Positions 9,202-18,400 of a stretch of 64,000 nucleotides of DNA are shown one piece after another. Made by a program: the position numbers and the translations under genes. The DNA is from Thermoanaerobaculia bacterium (GTDB lineage Bacteria; Acidobacteriota; Thermoanaerobaculia; Gp7-AA8). The stretch lies in contig DATKDP010000106.1 in the NCBI GenBank assembly GCA_035546335.1, positions 85,311 to 149,310 on the forward strand, read 5' to 3'. The notes under the pieces were generated by a model. The model was given only the letters and a program-made list of their open reading frames with translations, did no database searches and was not told where the DNA came from. Every line of letters starts with the position of its first letter. The stretch's first letter is position 1.

Positions 9202-10338
9202 ATGAAACAGCTCGTCGTTCTCGGCTCCGGGCTCGTCGGCAGCGCGATCGCCCGTGATCTCTCCCGGGACGAGGATCTGCGGCTGACGGTCGTCGATGTG
9301 TCGGAGGCGAACCTCGAGCGCGTGGCTTCGCTGCCGCGTGTCACGCCTCGGCGAGCGGATCTCTCGCGACCGCAGGAGATTGCGGAGGCCGTCGCCGGGG
9401 CCGATGCCGTCGTCGGTGCCGTTCCCGGCCGGCTCGGGTTTCAGATGCTGAAGACGGTGATCGAGGCAGGAAAACCGATCTGCGACATCTCGTTCTCGCC
9501 AGAGGATGTGATGCAGCTCGAAGGGCTCGCGCGGGATAAGGGGGTGACGGCGATCGTCGACTGCGGCGTCTCCCCCGGACTTTCGAATCTCGCCATCGGC
9601 CGTGCCGCATCCCAGCTCGAGGAGATCGACTCGGCGGTCATCTACGTCGGAGGGCTTCCCGTCGAGCGAGTCTGGCCGTACGAATACCGCATCGTCTTCT
9701 CGGCGACCGACGTGATCGAGGAATACACGCGCACGGCGAGGATCATCGAAGAACGGCGTCTGGTGACCAGAGAAGCGCTCTCGGAGGTCGAGCTGCTCGA
9801 TTTTCCGGGAGTCGGAACTCTGGAGGCCTTCAACACCGACGGCCTTCGAACTCTTCTCTCGACCGTTTCCGCACGCAACATGCGCGAGAAAACGCTCCGC
9901 TATCCCGGTCATGCCGACCGGATGCGAATGCTTCGCGAAACGGGATTCTTCGCCGGCGAACCGATCGATGTGAAGGGAGCATCCGTCGTGCCGCGTGATT
10001 TTACGGAGCGCCTTCTCTTCCGCGCCTGGCTGCGCAAGCCCGACGAGGAGGAGCTGACCGTGCTGCGCGTGATCGTCGAAGGGCCGGCGCCCGGCGGCGA
10101 GGCGAGACGCTTCACGTACGAGCTGTTCGACCGCACCGATCGCGCCACGGGAATGACGTCTATGGCGCGAACGACCGGCTTCCCCTGCGCCATCATGGCC
10201 CGAATGCTCGCCCGCGGCGCATACCGCGATCCCGGCGTACGCCCTCCGGAGTTTTTCGGACGCCAGCCCGACGTCTACGAGCACCTGGTGAGTGAACTGG
10301 GAGCGAGGGGGGTACGGTTCGGAGAGGCTGGAGGCTAG
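9202..10338 (+). CDS. saccharopine dehydrogenase family NAD(P)-binding oxidoreductase
   Basis: MKQLVVLGSGLVGSAIARDL Rossmann start. Domain order and length (378 aa) fit Sacchrp_dh-like enzymes (lysine 6-dehydrogenase / carboxynorspermidine dehydrogenase relatives). Confidence 0.75.
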   Translation: MKQLVVLGSGLVGSAIARDLSRDEDLRLTVVDVSEANLERVASLPRVTPRRADLSRPQEIAEAVAGADAVVGAVPGRLGFQMLKTVIEAGKPICDISFSPEDVMQLEGLARDKGVTAIVDCGVSPGLSNLAIGRAASQLEEIDSAVIYVGGLPVERVWPYEYRIVFSATDVIEEYTRTARIIEERRLVTREALSEVELLDFPGVGTLEAFNTDGLRTLLSTVSARNMREKTLRYPGHADRMRMLRETGFFAGEPIDVKGASVVPRDFTERLLFRAWLRKPDEEELTVLRVIVEGPAPGGEARRFTYELFDRTDRATGMTSMARTTGFPCAIMARMLARGAYRDPGVRPPEFFGRQPDVYEHLVSELGARGVRFGEAGG

Positions 10339-10560
10339 AGGCTAGAGGCTGGGGAGAGACGAGAGGCGAGGGACGAGAGTGACCGACGAGAAGCGAGAGG
10401 CGACTGACGAGAAGCGGGAGCCAGCCGCGGAGCCTCCAGCCTCCAGCCTCCAGTCTCCAGCCTCTGACTCCCCGCCTCCAGCCTCCAGCCTCCAGCCTCT
10501 AGCCTCGAGTCTCGAGCCTCGCCCCTCGCCCCTCGTCTCTCGCCCCTCGTCTCTCGTCCC
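10325..10560. repeat. composite simple-sequence repeat block (GGCTGGAGGCTAGAGG / GAGACGAGAGG units and their inverted copies)
   Basis: 10325-10420 forward motifs. 10430-10560 cctccagcctccagcc...cctcgcccctcgtctctcg inverted motifs. Overlaps the predicted 5' end of the paralog B ORF. Confidence 0.65.
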
Positions 10561-13282
10561 TCGCGTCCCGCGCGAGCTCTCGCTCATCCTCGCATTCGTC
10601 GTCCTCGCCGTGGCGATGACCTGGCCGCTCGCGCCGAATCTGACGACCGCGGTTGCGGGTCCGGGCGATCCCTATCTCGTCGCCTGGATTCTCGATTGGG
10701 ACTACCGGGCCGCGATTCACGATCCCCTCTCGCTCTTTCATGCGCCGATGTTCCACCCGGCCCGCTACGCTCTCGCCTTCACCGAGCACATGGTGGGGAT
10801 CGCGCTCGCCGGTTTCCCACTCTTCGCGGCGGGGCTCGAGCCGCTCACCGTTTACAACATCCTGATGATTCTCGGTTTCGCGCTCTCCGGCTACGGCGCG
10901 TACGTTCTCGGGCGGCTCGTCAGCGGCTCTCTTTTCGGCGGGCTTGCTGCGGGTATCTTCTTCGCGTTCGTCCCCTTCCGCTTCACGCACATCACGCACC
11001 TCCAGCACGTATGGTCGGTGTGGCTTCCGCTACTGCTCGCGGCTCTTCTCTGGTACGACCTGCGGCCCGGGTGGAAGCGAGGCACTCTCTTCGGCGTCGT
11101 CTTTCTGATGAACGGACTGACGAATCTTCACTGGTTCGTCTTCGGTTCGTTCGCGATCGTCGTCACGGCGATCATTCTCGCGGCGATCCGCGGTCGTCTG
11201 CGCACGCGGGAGTACTGGCTGCCGATCGGCTCGTCGACGGCGATCGCATCGCTTCTCCTTCTTCCGTTTCTTCTGCCTTATCGCAACGTCTCGAAGCTCT
11301 ACGGAATGGTTCGAAGCCATCGCGAAACGCTCGGCTACTCGGCGGAATGGTCTGACTGGCTCGTCGCCAGCTACCACAACAAGCTCCTCGGGCGCTTCAC
11401 CGATCCCGCCGTGGTGATGGGAGAGCGGTGGCTCTTCCCCGGAGTCGTGGCGATCGCGCTGGCGGTCGTGACGCTGTTGTTCGCCCGCCGGTCCGACTTC
11501 ATCGCGGATCACTTTGCGCTGCGGCTCCTCGGGCCTTCGTTTGTCCGGAGGGGAGCGCTGCGTTCGCTCGATGTTCTGATTCTCGTGAGCAGTGCGATCA
11601 CGGTGGCGGCGCTCATCGCAGGGCGAATCGACTGGCGGATCGGAACGGCGAAGATTCTGCGCGTAGAGAGTGTTTCGACACCGGCGATTCTCGCGATTCT
11701 CTTCGTGCTCGTCCGCCTGTGGTTCCGCTTTCCGATGGCTCTCGGCGGCGAGCGCCGCTCGCTGCGGCTGCTGGTCACGGAGTCACGCCTCCCGCCGGGC
11801 GTCTGGGCGGCAATGCTGTGGATCGCCTTCGGTCTGTTCGGATCGGTGGGGCTCAACGGCTGGTTCCACTCGTTTCTCTTCGATCACCTGGAGATCTTTC
11901 GCGGCATTCGCGTTCCGGCCCGCTGGTCGATGATCACCTACGTGGGCCTTTCCCTCCTCGTCGCGACCGGGGCCGCGATCTCCAGGCGCAGGCTCGGCGA
12001 GAGATGGGGAGTCGCCGGGACATCTGTCGCGATTCTCCTTCCGCTCCTTCTTCTCTTCGAGCTTCGCGCCGCTCCGCTCCGCTGGTATCTCGCCCTTCCG
12101 GATCCGCCGCCGGTCTACAGGTGGTTGGCAACGATACCGATCGAAGGCGCTCTGCTCGAGCTTCCGATCAGTGAGGGGGAGAGCGAGCACACCTATCTGT
12201 GGCGCTCGACGGTGCATCGCAAGCCTTTGATCAATGGAGTCGCGAGCTTCACACCGCGCGCCCACGAGGAATTGATCGAGAAACTGCACGAGGAAGAGAT
12301 CGGTCCGGATGTGATCGAGCGCCTCGAGTCGCGCAGCGTGTCGCTGATCGTGGTCCACGCCGACCGTCTCGCAAAGAACCGTGCGGCGGTCAGAGCGTGG
12401 CTGCAGCGGGAGATCGCTAGAGGCCGTCTGGCATTCATCCGCAGATTCGATCACGATCTGACGGGCGACTACGTCTTCGCCGTGGTGAAGAACGAGCCGA
12501 AGGCGCTGCTCTGGAGGCCGCCGGACCTCGCCGACCCGTCGGGCCGGACGCCGCTCCAGAACGCCGAGGTCTTCCTCGCCGGCGGAGGCTTCACCTGGAA
12601 CGAGGAGCCCTTCGGGATGCTCGACTCGCCCCGTCCGTGGGAGGACGTGCGGGGGCCGCTCGAGGTCTCCGGCTGGGTGGTGTCGCCTGAGGGTGTCGCA
12701 TCGGTGAACCTGCGTTTTGCAAACGGCAGGCTGGTCGTTCCGGCGGAGCTCGTGCCGCGGGGAGATGTGGACGCTCTCTTTCCCTGGTATGCGAGCACTC
12801 CGGCCGCCGGCTTCCGCCGGACATTCGAAACGATTCCTCCCGAGATCGACGGCGACACCGATCTTCAGGTCGAGATCGTCATGCCTGACGGCCGGAGCCG
12901 GCGGCTCGAGGACGTCTGGTTCCGCTGGAGAGAGGGGAGGAGTCTTCAGCCGCCGGACTGGAAGCTGCATGAGCTGCACGCGCTGATGATCCGGAACGGC
13001 TGGCACCCGAACGATGCGGGGCGCATCCCGCAGCGGATCATGTCGATTTATCAGGTGGGTGATTCGATCGTCGATCACATGGAGTGCCGAGGCGACGGGG
13101 AATTTCTCGATCGGCTGTACCGCGTCGTGCTCGATCGGGGTCCGGATCGCAGCGCGCTCGACCGGACGCTCGACCGTCTTGCGCGCGGCACATCGCGACG
13201 GAGGATCGTCGAGGACGTGATTCAGTCGGAGGAGTTCGCGACCAAGTATCTGACGGTTCCGACGAGAGTACCGCCGCGGTGA
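10379..13282 (+). CDS. large polytopic membrane protein (paralog B of 449..3184) with C-terminal DUF4214; start uncertain
   Basis: Shares the DPGDPYLVAWILDW loop, the TM layout and a C-terminal DUF4214-like tail (LYRVVLDRGPDRSALDRTLDRLARG...) with paralog A. The first ~60 codons are low-complexity PASSLQ repeats encoded by the repeat block. The real start may be a GTG near 10565 (VPRELSLILAFVVLAVAMTWPLAPN). Confidence 0.55.
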   Translation: MTDEKREATDEKREPAAEPPASSLQSPASDSPPPASSLQPLASSLEPRPSPLVSRPSSLVPRVPRELSLILAFVVLAVAMTWPLAPNLTTAVAGPGDPYLVAWILDWDYRAAIHDPLSLFHAPMFHPARYALAFTEHMVGIALAGFPLFAAGLEPLTVYNILMILGFALSGYGAYVLGRLVSGSLFGGLAAGIFFAFVPFRFTHITHLQHVWSVWLPLLLAALLWYDLRPGWKRGTLFGVVFLMNGLTNLHWFVFGSFAIVVTAIILAAIRGRLRTREYWLPIGSSTAIASLLLLPFLLPYRNVSKLYGMVRSHRETLGYSAEWSDWLVASYHNKLLGRFTDPAVVMGERWLFPGVVAIALAVVTLLFARRSDFIADHFALRLLGPSFVRRGALRSLDVLILVSSAITVAALIAGRIDWRIGTAKILRVESVSTPAILAILFVLVRLWFRFPMALGGERRSLRLLVTESRLPPGVWAAMLWIAFGLFGSVGLNGWFHSFLFDHLEIFRGIRVPARWSMITYVGLSLLVATGAAISRRRLGERWGVAGTSVAILLPLLLLFELRAAPLRWYLALPDPPPVYRWLATIPIEGALLELPISEGESEHTYLWRSTVHRKPLINGVASFTPRAHEELIEKLHEEEIGPDVIERLESRSVSLIVVHADRLAKNRAAVRAWLQREIARGRLAFIRRFDHDLTGDYVFAVVKNEPKALLWRPPDLADPSGRTPLQNAEVFLAGGGFTWNEEPFGMLDSPRPWEDVRGPLEVSGWVVSPEGVASVNLRFANGRLVVPAELVPRGDVDALFPWYASTPAAGFRRTFETIPPEIDGDTDLQVEIVMPDGRSRRLEDVWFRWREGRSLQPPDWKLHELHALMIRNGWHPNDAGRIPQRIMSIYQVGDSIVDHMECRGDGEFLDRLYRVVLDRGPDRSALDRTLDRLARGTSRRRIVEDVIQSEEFATKYLTVPTRVPPR

Positions 13283-13294
13283 TCAAACGTCGCT

Positions 13295-13565
13295 CCTCGT
13301 AGGGACGAAGCATTTGCGCGAGGGACAGAGCAGGGGCTTGCTACGCCGCAACGCAGCGCAATAGCTTCGTCCGGGTGCTTGCCATGCGCTACCCGAGCGC
13401 TGCAGGGAGAGCGGGCGTCCCGCGCCCGCCTCGGGCGGGAGGGCGGCGCGCGCCCGACGCGAATCTCACAGTCTCCCAAGCACCCGGGCGAAGCTTTTGC
13501 GCTGCGCTGCGGTCATGCGAGCCTGTTGCCCCGGCCTGCGCGCAAATGCTTCGCCCCTACGAGAA
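13295..13565. mobile_element. MITE-like ~270-bp palindromic element with ~25-bp terminal inverted repeats (copy 1), centred on the REP core
   Basis: Left end cctcgtagggacgaagcatttgcgcgaggg. Right end cctgcgcgcaaatgcttcgcccctacgag, its reverse complement. Internal arms gcgcaatagcttcgtccgggtgcttgc / gcaagcacccgggcgaagcttttgcgc also pair. About 90% identical to 58803..59075. Confidence 0.6.
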
Positions 13566-13576
13566 TCCGCCTGCTT

Positions 13577-15280
13577 TCAGTCGCGTACGACGCCCCCTCT
13601 CCCATTGAACGCGCTGATCGCGACGCCGATGGCGATGACGGCGAGGCAGCCGACGACGTTGTACCAGAGCCACGAGATGGGCGTCCGAAGCCAGCACCAG
13701 ACGACGATGGCCTCGGCAATCAACGCAGCGACGAAGGTCGAGGATCCGTCGACGTTCCTGAAGTAGAAGGCGAGAAGAAAGATCCCGAGAATCGTTCCGT
13801 AGAAGAGCGACCCGAGGATGTTGACCGCCTCGATGAGCGAGCCAAGTCGATTGGCGTATTCCGCGAAGAGGATCGCAAAACCGCCCCAGAACACGGTTGC
13901 CAGCTTCGAGACCACCACGTAGTGCCGCTCGGTGGCGTCCTTCCGCACCATCCTCTTATAGATGTCGACCACGGTGGTCGATGCGAGCGCGTTGAGCTCC
14001 GACGAAGTCGAAGACATCGACGCAGCCACGACCGCTGCCAGCACCAGGCCGACCAGGCCCGCGGGAAGATAGGTGAGGACGAATGTGAGAAACACGTAGT
14101 TCGTGTCGTTGGTGTCCGCCTTCGGGTCGTTGGCGCGCATCAATGTGGTTGCTTCGTTTCGCAGAGCCGACACGCGCTGTTGAGACTCTTCCACGCGCTG
14201 GTCCGCAGATTCGATCGCCTGCGCGTCGCCGGCGCGTTTCGCGTCGACGAGCCCGCGGACGCTCTCGCGTTTGTCGCTCCAGGCGGCGAGATACTCCCCT
14301 TCGAGAGCGACATAGTCGCCGGCGAGCGGGCTCGCCGCGATCTTTCGCGTCTCCACGGTGTTGAAGAAGAGGGGAGGGGCGACGAACTGATAGACGACGA
14401 ACACCATGGCGCCGATGAAGAGGATGAAGAACTGCATGGGCACCTTGAACAGTCCGTTGAAGAGGAGTCCGATGCGGCTCTGGGCGATCGATTTCCCGCC
14501 GAGATACCGGCCGACCTGCGACTGATCGGTACCGAAATAGGCGAGCGCGACGAAGAGGCCGCCGATCAGGCCCGACCAGAAGTTGTAGCGGTTTGTGATG
14601 TCGAACGAGAAGTCGATCGCGTTGAGGCGGCCCATCTTTCCCGCTACGTACGCCGCCTCGCCGAACGAGATGTCGGACGGCAGCATCCTGATGATCACCA
14701 CGAATGCGGCGACCATCCCCCCCATGATGATCAGCATCTGCTGGAAGTTCGTGTAGTTGACTGCGCGCGTTCCTCCCGACGCCGTGTAGCTGATCACCAG
14801 CGCGCCGATGATCAGATTCGTCAGGTGGAGGTTCCACCCGAGAATCACCGAGAGAATGACCGCAGGAGCGTAGATCGTCAGACCGCAGGCGAGCCCGCGC
14901 TGGGTGAGAAAGAGCATCGCGGCAAGCGATCGCGTCTTCAGATCGAATCGCCCTTCGAGGTATTCGTATGCCGTGTACACCTTGAGGCGGTGATAGATCG
15001 GTACGGCGGTCACCGAGAGGATGACCATGGCGATGGGGAGACCGAGGTAGAACTGGATGAAGCGCATCCCGTCGGCATAGGCCTGACCGGGAGTCGAGAG
15101 GAAGGTGATGGCACTCGCCTGCGTCGCCATGATCGACAACGCGATGGTCCACCAGGGGAGGTTGCGATCAGCGAGGATGAAGCCGTCGAGGTTTCGCCCC
15201 TGTTTTCGCCCCTTCCAGAGCCCGTAGACCACGATGAAGATCAGCGACGCGGCCAGGACCGCCCAGTCGATCGCCCTCAC
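13577..15280 (-). CDS. sodium:solute symporter (SSS family) transporter
   Basis: 13 or more TM segments. SSS signature region ...GGTRAVNYTNFQQM... present. Start placed at GTG (15278-15280, VRAIDWAVLAASLIF), since the ATG-less upstream extension would collide with the neighbouring gene. Confidence 0.75.
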   Translation of the reverse strand: MRAIDWAVLAASLIFIVVYGLWKGRKQGRNLDGFILADRNLPWWTIALSIMATQASAITFLSTPGQAYADGMRFIQFYLGLPIAMVILSVTAVPIYHRLKVYTAYEYLEGRFDLKTRSLAAMLFLTQRGLACGLTIYAPAVILSVILGWNLHLTNLIIGALVISYTASGGTRAVNYTNFQQMLIIMGGMVAAFVVIIRMLPSDISFGEAAYVAGKMGRLNAIDFSFDITNRYNFWSGLIGGLFVALAYFGTDQSQVGRYLGGKSIAQSRIGLLFNGLFKVPMQFFILFIGAMVFVVYQFVAPPLFFNTVETRKIAASPLAGDYVALEGEYLAAWSDKRESVRGLVDAKRAGDAQAIESADQRVEESQQRVSALRNEATTLMRANDPKADTNDTNYVFLTFVLTYLPAGLVGLVLAAVVAASMSSTSSELNALASTTVVDIYKRMVRKDATERHYVVVSKLATVFWGGFAILFAEYANRLGSLIEAVNILGSLFYGTILGIFLLAFYFRNVDGSSTFVAALIAEAIVVWCWLRTPISWLWYNVVGCLAVIAIGVAISAFNGRGGVVRD

Positions 15281-15413
15281 TCGAACACCTTCGTGAACAC
15301 GTAGAAGATGATGATCTGGACGGCGAGCAACACGAGAACGAGCGAATACAGCCGTTTCCAGCTTCGTCCGAAGGGAGGCGGCTCCTCGCGGGGCGGCAGC
15401 TCGTGCCGTTCGC

Positions 15414-17954
15414 TCATCGCGCCCGCGCCTCTCTTCCTCCCGACACGAGATTGGCGAAGAGACGATATGCTCCCGGAACACCGGCGGGGAGCTGGCGGAA
15501 GAATGCGTAGCCGGTGTAAATGTAGACTCCCTTTCCGTGATTTGCGACGAGGAGTCCGCCCGGTTTGTCCGGCTCGCCCGGGTCACGACTCGCGATCACC
15601 GCCTGATATCGCGGATCCCACTCGCCGGCGAAATAGAGTCCTCGCTCCTGGACCCAGCCGTCGAAATCGGCCGGTACGATCCGGTTGGGACGAGTCAGAA
15701 TGGGATGGTCGGATGCGACGAAGCTCACCGGGGCCTCCTCCACGCTGACGCGATCGCGTGAGAGCTTCAGCGGGTACGGACCGATCTGCGGAGCGAGTGT
15801 GTTGTCGAAGGTGTTGTACTGTACGACGACGACGCCTCCCTCCTCGACGTACTTCATCAGCCGTTCGTGACTCTGTTTCAGCGAGTCGCGTGTGTTGTAG
15901 GCGCGCACGCCGGCGACGATCGCGTCGAATTCCCCGAGATTGCCGCTTCGGATCTGCTCGTCGCTGAGCAGAGTGACATCGAATCCGATCTGCCGGAGAC
16001 TCTCCGGAACCTCGTCGCCTGCCCCCATGATGTAGCCGATCCTCTCACCCGCCCGCCGCACATCGGCTCGCACGAGTCTCGCCGCCGACTCGGGGAAGAG
16101 TGACTGTCGCGGGATGTGCGGATAGTCGATCACCACTAGGCTGCGCGAGACCGTTTCGCGCTCCGTACGCGACTCGGCGCGCAGCGTGCCGGACGCAGGA
16201 GAGGACGGAGGCGTGATGCGGATCGGAACCGTCTGCAATTCGTTTTTTCGCGTCAGGGCGATCGGTATCGTCGACGGCTCGACGCGCCAGCCGGCCGGCG
16301 GCTGCAGATTCAGACTTCCGCGGACGTTAGTCCGCCCGCTCCGCAGCGTGAGGTGAACGGTCTTCGGACCGGAGTCGGGAAACAGGAACGCACGCTGATC
16401 GAAATCGATCGTGACCTCCGGAACGATCTCGAACGGCCGGTACTGCTCCCCGGCGACGCGATCGGTCCAGCGATAGAGCGTCGGCACTTCGAACGTAAGA
16501 ACCTGATCGCCGGCGGCGATCTCCACGACGACGGGGATGGCAGGCCGGTTCTGCGGCTGACCGATCATCGTCGGATCGTCGACGCGATGCAGTCCCTTGC
16601 CGGGCTCTCTTCGGAGCCAGTAGGGCTGCGTATAGTCCGCCTCCGCGAGCCGGATCGTCAGCTCCTCCCGCTTCGGCTGGTTGTGCTGCAGATCGGCGGC
16701 AGGCTTCACTTCGACGCCTGCGGCCGCAACGCGCACGAGGCGCAGCGGAACCTCCGAGCGGTTGATCGCCGTCACGGCGATCCTCACCTCCGATCCTGCA
16801 GTCGCGGACGCCTCGGTGGCGATCGATTCGATCCAGAGTCCTGCGGCAGCGCGGATCACATCGTCGATCGCCGCTTGCTTTTCCACCAGCACATCGCTGC
16901 TCCATGCGTCGCGCGGAACGAGACGGTTCATCGCCGCGCGCGCACGGAGGAGATGCGGGATCACCGAGGCCGGATTCGCAGGATCGAATTGCCGCAGAGC
17001 TTCGTCGAGCAGCCGGCCGACCTCGTCCCCACCGGCCAGTCGTTTCCACGACAGATCGATGCCGCCGAACAGATCGTCGCCGGCCGGCGGTGTTCCCGCG
17101 AGCATGATCATCTCGTTCGGAATCGATCCGCGACGTTCCGGTGCTCCGAATCCCTGGCTCTTATGCATGCTGCGGCTCTCACCTGCGATCTCGCTGTACG
17201 ATTTTCCGAGGATGGGATTGTACGTTCCGAGGTCGACCGTCACGATCGCGGCGCCCTCGGGAACTTTGGGCGGCGGTGCCCCGGGAAAGCGGAAGAGATT
17301 CCAGAGAATTCGGACCGGCTTCCAGGGTGCGACGTACTGCAACTGTTCCGGATAGCGCTTCGGATCGCCGGCCGCCTCGAAGGCTTCGACGGCGAGGATT
17401 GCCGAGGCGGTGTGCTGGCCGTGGCCCCCCTCGCCGGTCGACGGGAAGCGGCTGACGATGACATCGGGGCGGAAGAGCCGGATGACCCACACGACGTCGG
17501 CGAGCACATCGTCCTTCCCCCAGATGGCGAGCGTTTCGCCGGCGCTCTTCGAATAGCCGAAGTCGAGCGCGCGGGTGAAGAACTGCTCGCCTCCGTCGAT
17601 GCGGCGCGCCGCAAGCAGCTCGTGCGTTCGAATCACTCCGAGCAGGTCACCCTTCTCGGTTCCGATGAGGTTCTGGCCTCCATCGCCGCGGGTGATCGAC
17701 AGATAGCCGGTGCGCAGGAGGCGTTCGCTCGTAAGCCAGGAGATCATGGCGGTGTTTTCGTCATCGGGATGTGCGGCGACGTAGAGAGCGCGGCCGACGC
17801 CGCCGAGCTTCTTCAGCGCGAGCTGGATCTGGGCCGCGTCGAGCGAGCGAGGCGGCGCAGCGGCGCTGGTGGTCGTCGCCGAGGGAATCGGAACTGCCAG
17901 GGCGGCCGTGGCGGTGAGAAGAAGGAGGGAAAGGATGATCGCGATTCTCTTCAT
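15414..17954 (-). CDS. PIG-L/LmbE family deacetylase with long C-terminal extension (secreted)
   Basis: Start at MKRIAIILSLLLLTATAALA (signal peptide, cat 17952-17954). AHPDDE plus downstream His motifs of LmbE-like deacetylases. C-terminal ~350 aa resemble a class-I glutamine-amidotransferase-like / ThuA-like fold. Confidence 0.7.
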   Translation of the reverse strand: MKRIAIILSLLLLTATAALAVPIPSATTTSAAAPPRSLDAAQIQLALKKLGGVGRALYVAAHPDDENTAMISWLTSERLLRTGYLSITRGDGGQNLIGTEKGDLLGVIRTHELLAARRIDGGEQFFTRALDFGYSKSAGETLAIWGKDDVLADVVWVIRLFRPDVIVSRFPSTGEGGHGQHTASAILAVEAFEAAGDPKRYPEQLQYVAPWKPVRILWNLFRFPGAPPPKVPEGAAIVTVDLGTYNPILGKSYSEIAGESRSMHKSQGFGAPERRGSIPNEMIMLAGTPPAGDDLFGGIDLSWKRLAGGDEVGRLLDEALRQFDPANPASVIPHLLRARAAMNRLVPRDAWSSDVLVEKQAAIDDVIRAAAGLWIESIATEASATAGSEVRIAVTAINRSEVPLRLVRVAAAGVEVKPAADLQHNQPKREELTIRLAEADYTQPYWLRREPGKGLHRVDDPTMIGQPQNRPAIPVVVEIAAGDQVLTFEVPTLYRWTDRVAGEQYRPFEIVPEVTIDFDQRAFLFPDSGPKTVHLTLRSGRTNVRGSLNLQPPAGWRVEPSTIPIALTRKNELQTVPIRITPPSSPASGTLRAESRTERETVSRSLVVIDYPHIPRQSLFPESAARLVRADVRRAGERIGYIMGAGDEVPESLRQIGFDVTLLSDEQIRSGNLGEFDAIVAGVRAYNTRDSLKQSHERLMKYVEEGGVVVVQYNTFDNTLAPQIGPYPLKLSRDRVSVEEAPVSFVASDHPILTRPNRIVPADFDGWVQERGLYFAGEWDPRYQAVIASRDPGEPDKPGGLLVANHGKGVYIYTGYAFFRQLPAGVPGAYRLFANLVSGGREARAR

Positions 17955-18045
17955 GGGGACGCTGCGGACCTCGCTTGTGGTTCGTCGTAGTTCGACCGTG
18001 GAGCATAGCAGAAGCGCTGACGGAATCTCCGGCGTGCTTGCGATG

Positions 18046-18400
18046 GTCCCGGGGAGAGCGGGCGTCCCGCGCCCGCCCCTGTCGCATCTCGTCACACAGT
18101 GACCAATCTCCGCACACCAGATCTGCGGCGTCGGGCTGATGTGCCGCCATCCTGAGCGAGGGTGGGGGCAGAGGGTGTGAGTGAAGGATCTGCGTTCTTA
18201 CACAGTTGCCGATCGCAGATCCTTCGCTCACGCCCGCCCCTCCACCTCGCTCAGGATGACGGCCGGTCGTCCGGGTGCTTGCGATGAGCCGGGGAGAGCG
18301 GGCGTCCCGCGCCCGCCCCTGTCGCATCTCGTCACACAGTGACCAACCTCCGCACACCAGATCTCCGGCGGCGGGCTGATGTGCCGTCATCCTGAGGCTG
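18046..18400. repeat. nested repeat array in a 664-bp divergent intergenic region: two direct ~115-bp copies (period 240 bp) of REP core plus flank, enclosing a 115-bp palindromic element
   Basis: 18046-18160 and 18286-18398 are near-identical (ggggagagcgggcgtcccgcgcccgcccctgtcgcatctcgtcacacagtgaccaa(t/c)ctccgcacaccagatct(g/c)cgg...gctgatgtgcc). 18146-18262 is a long hairpin catcctgagcgagg...tgagtgaaggatctgcg...cgcagatccttcgctca...tcgctcaggatgac. Confidence 0.7.

Noticed and set aside
13379-15304. 641-aa plus-strand ORF
   Set aside because: It lies antisense to a well-supported sodium:solute symporter gene. Its composition is Arg/Gly/Asp-rich with no motifs, which is typical of GC-driven spurious frames.
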